Source: Octopus sinensis
Taxonomy: Eukaryota
DNA: 20,534 nucleotides
Reading direction: 5' to 3'
Assembly: GCF_006345805.1 (NCBI RefSeq)
Contig: NW_021823940.1
Coordinates: forward strand, 1-20,534
Part shown: positions 1 through 7,865 of the stretch, in pieces
Layout of the letters: every line of letters begins with the position of its first letter
Numbering within the stretch: position 1 is the first letter of the stretch
Made by a program: the position numbers and the translations under genes
Notes under the pieces: generated by a model
What the model was told of the DNA's origin: nothing
What the model saw: only the letters and a program-made list of their open reading frames with translations
The model's database searches: none

Positions 1-230
1 TTGACTTCACCGCCTTCTCCTCCACCACTATCACCACTGTCTTTCACATCGCTTACTATCACCTTCAGCCCTGACTGGCCACCACCCATCCACCACCACC
101 ATCATCAACGTCGCCTCCCTCTCTATCACAACTACACCTCATACTATTACTATCACCTCATTACCATCACAACCGTCAATCTACTACCGTCTCTATGCCT
201 AGTATTACTCTCATCCCATCACGAGGAATA
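1..230. repeat. (CAC/CAT/TAC)n low-complexity tract
   Basis: Degenerate trinucleotide repeats (caccaccaccatcatc, tactattactat). Similar tracts lie at about 950-1100 and 1280-1425. Confidence 0.8.
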
Positions 231-673
231 GTGGAAGTGTCATTGAATAGCGAGAGAGGGGGGGAAGTGTGACACACTGACACACATAAATTCATTTTCA
301 CATTTATTAATATTATTATTTATTATTATTAGTATTATATATATGTACCAAAATATATGTTATAACACTATCCCACATATACAAAATCAGCCCTACCAAC
401 AATCCAACACACCTATATATAAATATATATATATATATAAGAAATATTGAATTTCTAAATCTCTCGTAGAGACATGTACGGTGGTGGGGCGATAGAATAG
501 AAGGTTGTATACTGTCAATCTAACAAGAACGTGACAGTAGGGGGTACACCACCGGTTGTATAGCCCTAGGAAGCATCGAACGCCTCCTGATGGCTTGACA
601 CATGTTTTTCCCTGTGTCCTTATATACATTTACGAAGGGGGAGACAAACACTCCCGGCTGCCGGAACTGCATC

Positions 674-713
674 TAGGGACACGTGTTCAGGATCGTTGTC
701 CTTCATCGGCCTA
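674..713 (-). ncRNA. Degenerate minimal type I hammerhead ribozyme (Penelope/retrozyme type)
   Basis: Minus strand reads TAGG-CCGATGA-AGGA(CAACGA)TCCT-GAA-CACGTG-TC-CCTA: stem I TAGG/CCTA, stem II AGGA/TCCT, palindromic stem III ACACGTGT. It has two core deviations: U4->C (CCGAUGA) and one A missing from GAAA. Confidence 0.55.
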
Positions 714-719
714 TATATA

Positions 720-763
<44 letters not shown>

Positions 764-790
764 AATATATATATATATATACTATATATT
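714..790. repeat. (TA)n microsatellite
   Basis: Near-pure TA repeat directly abutting the hammerhead-like motif. Confidence 0.95.
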
Positions 791-858
791 AAATCTCAGA
801 ATGAGATGTGAGCAGTAATTGCTCGATAAGGTAAAGTATAGGAGCCATCTTAATAAAG

Positions 859-882
859 CTGCGGTCATGCTGGGGCACCACC
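859..882 (-). mobile_element. Short fragment similar to the 3' end of the SINE at 11116-11503
   Basis: ctgcggtcatgctggggcaccacc resembles the reverse complement of ggcggaactgcagcatggccgcag (11446-11469). It is only 24 bp. Confidence 0.35.
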
Positions 883-1140
883 GTTGGGCCCCACGGATTT
901 CAAGTTCCTGTTAATACCAACCACGATCTGTACCGAGACAGTCACTATTTCTACAGCAACCACCAATACCTCTACTACCACCTTCACTATTATCCCATTA
1001 CTACCATCGCATCTGTAACCACGACTGCTACAACGAATACTTTTACTAAGCTGCAATGCCATGACCACTTCTCCTACCACCGCTACTGGAAATTTTCTGG
1101 CAACCTCTACATACAGTATATCAACAATCGCTTCTACTAT

Positions 1141-1277
1141 AGGCACAAGGCCTGAAATTTTGGGTGAGGGGACTAGTCGATTACATCGACCCCAGTGTAT
1201 CACTGGTATTTAATTTATCGCCCTCGAAAGAATGAAAGTCGAACTCAGCGGGATTTGAAGTTAGAACGTGAAGACAC
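1141..1277 (-). mobile_element. tRNA-derived SINE fragment (same family as 4411-4560)
   Basis: The reverse complement aligns to 4411-4545 (ttcaaat B-box-like motif, ctttcattctttcg..gataaa, taccagt..cactgg.gtcgatgtaat.gact, ccaaatttcagg). It resembles the abundant octopus SINE recalled from memory. Confidence 0.75.
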
Positions 1278-1612
1278 AGCATATCATCAATACCACCAGT
1301 ATCTCCATCACCGCGTTTATTCTTATCGCTACCACTAAAACAGACACCATCGCATGAACACCAGTCGCCACCATCATCGGCAGCATCGTCACTTACATCA
1401 CCACCACCACCACCACCACCACAATTAGCGAGAGTATCTTTTACATCACTATTCAGGCATCAACAGATGCTGAACGAAGGACAATACCAAGAGACTGGGG
1501 ACTACCAATGACGTCGAGAGAAACCCTCGGTCTTTCTCTTCTGCTACTCGTCAGATCATTCGCTAGGAACAGCCCGATCGCAACCTGCAGCGCGTGCATA
1601 AATGTGTGTGTT

Positions 1613-1881
1613 TAGTGAGAGAGTGAGAGAGAGAGAGAGAGAGAGAGGGTGAGAGAGAGAGAGAGATTATAAATATATATATATATATATACATATATCA
1701 TACATACTTAAAAGAATATATGATAAATATATATATATATATGTATATGTATATGTATGCATGTATGTATGTATGCATGTATGAATGTATGTATACACAC
1801 ATATATGTGTATGTGTGTGTATGTATATAATGAGGTGAGTCTATTTACTTTTGGGATGTCTGTGTATATCAATATCATATA

Positions 1882-1912
<31 letters not shown>
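1613..1912. repeat. (GA)n plus (TA)n/(TATG)n/(TG)n compound microsatellite
   Basis: Directly visible repeat runs. Confidence 0.9.
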
Positions 1913-1919
<7 letters not shown>

Positions 1920-2013
1920 TTAAAACAATTGAAAACAAGTGGATGTATTCCACCGAAGCTAGGTAAATAAAACCTTCGAACAGAGATTGTTAGAAGCGAC
2001 ACCTACTGGTCTG

Positions 2014-2060
2014 GCTACGCTGCATTGAAAAGGGGCAATACCCCGAAACGCGTCTGTAGC
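2014..2060 (+). ncRNA. Degenerate minimal type I hammerhead ribozyme
   Basis: GCTACG-CTGCATTGAAAA-GGGG(CAATA)CCCC-GAAA-CGCG-TC-TGTAGC: stem I GCTACG/TGTAGC (one G.U pair), stem II GGGG/CCCC and the classic GAAACGCGTC palindromic stem III. The CUGANGA box is disrupted by insertions. Confidence 0.55.
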
Positions 2061-2224
2061 TGCCGGTCAAGTAGTGTGGAGTGACTGACCTCCCTTGTTC
2101 GAAGGTTATATGGATACAGTTTGTGTATCAAATAGCTAACTTAAGGCGATGGCCTCATGGAGCTAATAAGCGGACAGCTTTATTCTTATTTTTATAAGAA
2201 TGCCATATTAGTATGGCGATAACT

Positions 2225-2338
2225 ATTATATATATATATATATACATGCATATATATATATACACAAATATATATGCACACACATTTAAATGTGTGTCTG
2301 TGTGCATATACATGTATATATATATATAGATATGCATA

Positions 2339-2397
<59 letters not shown>

Positions 2398-2593
2398 TGA
2401 TATATACATATATATATATATATATACATGAGTGGGTGTGTGTGTTTGTGTGTATATACATACACAAAATATTATTCATGTTTACATGTATGAATATTCA
2501 TATCCATAAATATATATACGTATAAGTTTATATTTATATATGTATAAGTATATATATATATATATATGCATCTGTATATATATATATATATAT
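2225..2593. repeat. (TA)n/(GA)n/(TG)n compound microsatellite
   Basis: Directly visible. It ends at the start of the 593-bp tandem repeat. Confidence 0.9.
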
Positions 2594-2785
2594 AGTAATA
2601 CTAAGCAATAAAGGGTTTGGCAACGAATTGCCTTACCACATACCGAATTTAGAAATAGCAGTCAAAGAGTTATAGCTATTTCTTCTACTAAAAAGGGAGA
2701 TCTCAGTAAAAACAGCAATTGGAAGGCAGACACAAACAGGTAAGAGAGAAGAATTGACGGCAATCTATCATACAATTTTAAGTTA

Positions 2786-2885
2786 TCTACGGACGTACGT
2801 TTCGAAATCAAGTTTTTAGGAAAGGATAAGAATTAAATATTAAATAATTCTATCTTACCAAAACTTCTTTTCTCTTCAGCGTAGA
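2786..2885 (-). ncRNA. Type I hammerhead ribozyme with intact core and extended stem II (copy 1)
   Basis: Minus strand: TCTACG (2885-2880), CTGAAGA (2879-2873), 69-nt hairpin closed by G10.1-C11.1 (2872-2804), GAAA (2803-2800), CGTACG, TC (C17 = 2792), CGTAGA (2791-2786). All conserved core positions are present and the cleavage triplet is GUC. Confidence 0.85.
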
Positions 2886-3380
2886 ATACTATAATCATAA
2901 ATGATTATATATTGAATTTTGAGATACTAGAAGGCACCAACTCAACTCAGTATCAGAGCGAGCTAGAATCCGCAACTAGTATCACTAAATTCAATGCGTG
3001 AATGAAAAGATTGTGTCACCAGCAACCTTCCCACCCGCGTGTAGCCAAAACAAGATGCTGTGGTCATCTACTGAGATAAAATATGGTTATCCGTAATAAT
3101 GAAGGGTGAAATTAATTAATTTGGAATAATTATCAATTACACCAAGTAGTCTTCGGCATGTAAAAGCCTCATTCGAGGAGAATTTAAGTAATACTAAGCA
3201 ATAAAGGGTTTGGCAACGAATTGCCCTACCACATACCGAATTTAGAAATAGCAGTCAAAGAGTTATAGCTATTTCTTCTACTAAAAAGGGAGATCTCAGT
3301 AAAAACAGCAATTGGAAGGCAGGACACAAACAGGTAAGAGAGAATGAATTGACGGCAATCTATCATACAATTTTAAGTTA

Positions 3381-3480
3381 TCTACGGACGTACGTTTCGA
3401 AATCAAGTTTTTAGGAAAGGATAAGAATTAAATATTAAATAATTCTATCTTACCAAAACTTCTTTTCTCTTCAGCGTAGA
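3381..3480 (-). ncRNA. Type I hammerhead ribozyme with intact core and extended stem II (copy 2)
   Basis: 100/100 nt identical to 2786-2885. CTGAAGA is at 3474-3468 and C17 = 3387. Confidence 0.85.
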
Positions 3481-3764
3481 ATACTATAATCATAAATGAT
3501 TAATATTGAATTTTGAGATACTAGAAGGCACCAACTCAACTCAGTTCAGAGCGAGCTAGAATCCGCAACTAGTATCACTAAATTCAATGCGTGAATGAAA
3601 AGATTGTGTCACCAGCCCTTCCCACCCGCGTGTAGCCAAAACAAGATGCTGTGGTCATCTACTGAGATAAAATATGGTATCCGTAATAATGAAGGGTGAA
3701 ATTAATTAATTTGGAATAATTATCAATTACACCAGTAGTCTCGGCATGTAAAAGCCGGATAACT

Positions 3765-3837
3765 ATTATATTATATATATTATATATATTATATATATAT
3801 ATATATAATATATATATATATACATTTATACTATATA
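3765..3837. repeat. (TA)n microsatellite
   Basis: Right boundary of the tandem hammerhead element. Confidence 0.9.
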
Positions 3838-4074
3838 TACGTAACAATGTACAATATGTAAGTACACACCCTATCCAAAAACCGTCACCCCCCCCCGAAA
3901 TATCCATAACCAAGAAAAATAGCCGGAGAGTGTGTATATTGGCCTTCAATCACATCATTTGTGATCATGGCTGGACTTAAAAACAAACCACGTCGCTGAT
4001 CGTGTTCTGTGTATTATAAGAGAAAACTGACTGTGATGGATCACGGCTTTGGAGGGGATCAATATCGTGTTGCG

Positions 4075-4075
<1 letters not shown>

Positions 4076-4118
<43 letters not shown>

Positions 4119-4198
4119 CTGCGTGGATAGAAACTTGTGACTCCCATGGCCATGGTGGACATGTGCATATTCTTATCTCATATAATAGGAAAGAAAAA

Positions 4199-4230
<32 letters not shown>

Positions 4231-4345
4231 AGAAGAACAAGAAGAACAAGAACAAGAACAAGAAGAAAAGGAAGAAGAAAAGGAAGAAGAAGAAGAAGAA
4301 GAAGAAGAAGAAGAAGAAGAAGAAGAAGAAGAAGAAGAAGAAGAA
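4076..4345. repeat. (TG)n (4076-4116) and (GAAA)n/(GAA)n (4190-4345) microsatellites
   Basis: Directly visible. They are the source of the poly-E and poly-K ORFs. Confidence 0.95.
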
Positions 4346-4410
4346 TGGCAACGGTTTCTAATTTTGGTAAGTCTATTAATTGCCTGGCACCAAAAATACG
4401 AAAGGCAAAC

Positions 4411-4560
4411 CTTTACGTCCTGAGTTCAAATTCTGCTGGGGAGTACTTTGCCTTTCATTCTTTCGGTGTCGATAAAATGAGTACCAGTTACGCACTGGAG
4501 TCGATGTAATTGACTTTTATCCTGTCTCCCAAATTTCAGGTCTTCCAATAGTAAAAATCA
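4411..4560 (+). mobile_element. tRNA-derived SINE, 5'-eroded, with (TTA)n tail
   Basis: B-box-like gagttcaaattc at 4422-4433, body homologous to 1141-1277 (opposite strand), followed by (TTA)n. Confidence 0.8.
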
Positions 4561-4640
4561 TTAGTAATATTATTATTATTGTTGTTATTATTATTATTAT
4601 CATTATTATTGTTCTTGTTATTATTATTATTATTATTATT
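4561..4640. repeat. (TTA)n microsatellite between the SINE tail and the R4-like LINE 3' end
   Basis: Directly visible. Confidence 0.95.
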
Positions 4641-4855
4641 CTATGTTTGACTTTTGCTTTATATTTGTACAAGTTGGCTCCAAGTCTTACCCAGAGACCT
4701 CAAGAGACAACAGGGTTGGAAGTTCATGTTGTTGTTATGCCTAGTGTGCCATATATTTGGGGGGTGGGGGGATGTTGTACTAATGAATGTCTAAAAAAAA
4801 AAAGGTCTTTTTTTTTTTTTTTTAAACCGAAAATTATGTTTTTTTAAACCTTGGA

Positions 4856-6608
4856 TTACATAGAGAGTATTTTGCGTAGGATATGAGCAGTTCCCATGAG
4901 CACTATCTTTGAACTTCTGCCATTTTGGGGTTTCCTGGTATCTGGGTTAGGTAGCTATCAGCCCCTTTTGCTATCATTCCCAGGGCACCTATGACAACAG
5001 GTATTGTTTTAGTCTTCAGCTTCCACATTTTGCTGATTTTATTTCAAGATCTTTATATTTGTTCAGTTTTTGGTAGGTCTTGACAGATACGTTTATATCG
5101 ATTGGGACAGTCATATCAATGAGGAGGCATGTTCTTTGTTTGAAGTTTTTCAATATGATGTCTGGCCTATTTGCATCTATCTTCCTGTCAGTGAATGGTG
5201 AAGTTCCAGAGGAGTGAGATGTGGTCAATTTTCAAGCACTGGGGGTGGTTTGTGTTCCCACAGTTTTTTTCATGGGGGCAAATCCAGGTTTTTACAGATT
5301 ACCCAGTGAATATATTGTGCAGCTCTATCGTGCCTGTTGAGATACTCTGTAGGCGCTAGAAGACTGCACTTGGAGACCACATGGTCAATGGTTTCATTTT
5401 GTTGCTTGCATAAACGACACGTTGGACTGCTTCTGATCTTTAATATGTTGGCTGGTAGTTTCTTGTTGGTAGGCATTGATCTTGAGCTGCTATGATAAAC
5501 CCCTCTGTTTCAGATTTTAAGCCAGAGGCCATTAGCCATTGATGGGTCAGGGCTTTGTCGATATCTGCATTATTCGCTCTCTTGGGGTTTTGCCATAGAG
5601 AGGTTTTTCTTGCCATTTATTATTCAGAATATCTAAGGCCGCAGTTTGGCACGGGTTTTCATGCGCCTAGCTTTTTCTGTGCTTGTTTCTTGTATATCTA
5701 TCTCATTCCGAAATTGGTTGTATTCGGAATTCACTTAGATATTCCTTTGCCTGTTTTGTGACTGAGTATGGATGCTTCTTGTTTTCATGTTTTGAGACAA
5801 GTTTTAGCATCCAGTCCTAAGAGTTTTTCAGGTAGGTGTCTAGGCCAATTGTAGCAATCTTCATTGTTATTGCCAGTTGCAAAAGACCACGGCCCCCTCC
5901 TCTTTTCTTGGCAGATAGAGTCGTTCTGTATCTGCCTTAGGGTGGTGCATTCTATGCATTGTCAACAGTTTCCTTATTTTTCTGTCGAGTGACATATTTC
6001 AGTAATTGACCAGTTAACATATTGAAACTGTAAGTCACGACTGGTATAGCTAATGCATTGATTGCTTCGATCCTGTTTCTTGCATTCAGCTCTGTCTTGA
6101 GTATTGCTCTCACTCTTCGATAGACTCTCTCCTGATCCTTTCCTTCATCTCTGAATGCTTATTTCGTTCCCTTCAATTATCCCTAGGTACTTGTAGCTCT
6201 CCGCTGGGTCTAGTTCTTTTATGACATTATGTTGGTCAAGGTTAACGTTAGATGTTTCTGTCATTTTTCCTTTGATAAAGGTAGCCTTTGCACATTTATC
6301 GAGGCCGAATTGCATTCTGATGTCGTCACTGAATTGTTGACTATCGCTAGTAAGCCCTTGAGTTGTTGATCATTTTTTGCAAAAAAGCTTAAATCATCCA
6401 TGTAAACGAGATGATTTATATTTATCAAACATTTTATACCCGTACTGCGCATCATTGAGCAGCTTTGAGAGAGGTATTAAGGATAAACAAAAGAGGAGTG
6501 GTGACAGTGAGTCACCCTGGAAAATGCCACACGAAATTTTTTACATCACCAGCATTTAGGGATTCACTGTCACTGTTCAGAGTTAGTGTGGTTCTCCATG
6601 ATCTCATA
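4856..6608 (-). pseudogene. Frameshifted RT-CCHC-REL ORF of the R4/Dong-like element
   Basis: Motifs are split across frames (ORF-track pieces 6261-6455, 5270-5476, 5016-5228). The C-terminus reads KIVLMGTAHILRKILSM*. Confidence 0.85.
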
Positions 6609-6641
6609 TGTTCAGAGTTAGTGTGGTTCTCCATGATCTCA

Positions 6642-6643
<2 letters not shown>
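6574..6643. repeat. Exact 35-bp tandem duplication at the 5' truncation point of the LINE
   Basis: tgttcagagttagtgtggttctccatgatctcata occurs at 6574-6608 and 6609-6643. Confidence 0.95.
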
Positions 6644-6692
<49 letters not shown>

Positions 6693-6749
6693 CATTGAGG
6701 GGAGTGGGAGGAGGAGGAGTGTCGCCCAACCTGCAGTTATTATTATTAC

Positions 6750-6787
<38 letters not shown>

Positions 6788-6832
6788 CATTGAGGGGAGT
6801 GGGAGGAGGAGGAGTGTCGCCCAACCTGCAGT
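6644..6832. repeat. Two (TTA)n arrays, each followed by an identical 47-bp segment
   Basis: atcattgaggggagtgggaggaggaggagtgtcgcccaacctgcagt occurs at 6691-6737 and 6786-6832. Confidence 0.95.
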
Positions 6833-7409
6833 AGCAATAGCAACGGCGCGGCGGGAGCATCAACAGAATCTGTAACATTTAATCTTTGTCCATTCCAACT
6901 AACGGTGCTCTTTTCTATATTCATTCTGTCAGCGCCAACAGCAAAAATGTCCTTCCGCCATCTTTGTTATATATTTATGTTATTTCCTTGTCGAAGTAAA
7001 ACCTAGAAACATAACAGACCTCGCTGTATGACATTACAAGACCTGTTCTTCTTTTCATCGTGTTTATTGTTACAAATATCGCCTTAGTTGCTGCTATTGT
7101 TACCGTTTTTTATCGCCATATTTCTGGTACCAACGATGTCCGCCATTTTTATATCTTTTTGCTGTTTTATTTTTCGTTTGTTTGCTGTTCTTTGTTTTTC
7201 CCTTTTGATACCATATTTTTGTTCTTGGAACCACTTATGTTTTGACGTGTTTCGTGTGCAATTTCTTGCTCGAATTTATAGGTACGCACGTACATGCGCA
7301 CGCATACACACGTACACGTATGCAGACAGGTTTTTATTTCATAACTAGATAGTCAAGTGATGGAGTGCAGATGTACGTCACACTTATATACACATACACA
7401 TCTATCGAC

Positions 7410-7413
<4 letters not shown>

Positions 7414-7451
<38 letters not shown>

Positions 7452-7483
7452 ATAGGAGAGAGATTGAGATAGTTGGATGGACG

Positions 7484-7517
<34 letters not shown>

Positions 7518-7640
7518 AAGACAGATAGAATTCTACACGCATGTATTTCATATATTTATATAAAAACATACATATATATGAATATATATATGTATGTGTG
7601 TGTGTGTGTGTATGATGTGTATGTGTGTGTGTGTGTGTGT
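7414..7640. repeat. (ATAG)n and (TA)/(TG)n microsatellites
   Basis: Directly visible. Confidence 0.9.
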
Positions 7641-7855
7641 ATAAAGAGGTGGGCACCGTCAATCGAATAGTTAAATTCGTTTATCGTTAATCCGTTAATC
7701 AAAAAGTTAACTTCGTTAATCTTCAATCCGTTGATTCTTTGAAAATGTAACGGAAGTTAGCGTTAACTTTTATTGAAAAAGGCATCTCTACAGTTTAATA
7801 CCCCACCGACTTTGTTGCCTCATAACTTACAGAAAAATGGAGGAAGGGGAGCCAG

Positions 7856-7865
7856 TGGGAGCAAG
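7856..7865. repeat. 10-bp target-site duplication of the RTE insertion (partner at 9118-9127)
   Basis: tgggagcaag occurs at 7856-7865 and 9118-9127, flanking the RT fragment and its (TGA)n tail. Confidence 0.85.

Larger units (their letters stand above)
2594..3756. repeat. Head-to-tail tandem duplication of a ~593-595 bp non-coding unit (~1.96 copies)
   Basis: Copy 1 is 2594-3168, an 18-nt junction segment occupies 3169-3186, and copy 2 is 3187-3756. Manual alignment gives 1 substitution and 8 small indels. The ORF track has no ORF of 60 aa or more contained within the unit. Confidence 0.97.
4641..6643 (-). mobile_element. 5'-truncated R4/Dong-like non-LTR retrotransposon (restriction-like endonuclease type)
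   Basis: Minus-strand domain order is RT (GIFQGDSLSPLLF ~6528-6489; YMDD 6404-6393), CCHC knuckle (CRLC..HVVSKC, followed by RHD), REL endonuclease (RPDII..LLID, KYKDL), stop TAA at 4858-4856, then ~215 bp of 3'UTR ending in (TAA)n. TTA arrays flank both sides. Confidence 0.85.

Noticed and set aside
865-1203. 112-aa minus-strand ORF as a membrane protein
   Set aside because: The Val-rich content comes from (CTA/CCA)n low-complexity DNA, and its start lies in a SINE.
2786-3480. Perfect identity of the two hammerheads as evidence of purifying selection
   Set aside because: With only 9 differences in ~575 nt, a given 100-nt window is difference-free about 18% of the time ((475/575)^9), which is not significant.
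2217-3770. Shared gataactattata at 2217-2229 and 3758-3770 as a TSD or common terminus
   Set aside because: It is AT-rich, merges into (TA)n, and does not directly flank a single defined element.
6574-6832. Short direct repeats with spacers as a CRISPR-like array
   Set aside because: The context is eukaryotic, there are only two copies of each repeat, the spacers are TTA microsatellite, and no cas genes are present.
7240-7285. Minus-strand CGAAACACGTC next to a GCAA/TTGC hairpin (hammerhead 3' half)
   Set aside because: There is no CUGANGA box, 4 extra nt separate the hairpin from GAAA, and there is no convincing stem I.
7773-7862. N-terminal 30 codons of the 421-aa ORF as part of the RT protein
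   Set aside because: They lie outside the TSD-defined insertion and are chance read-through from flanking DNA starting at TTG.
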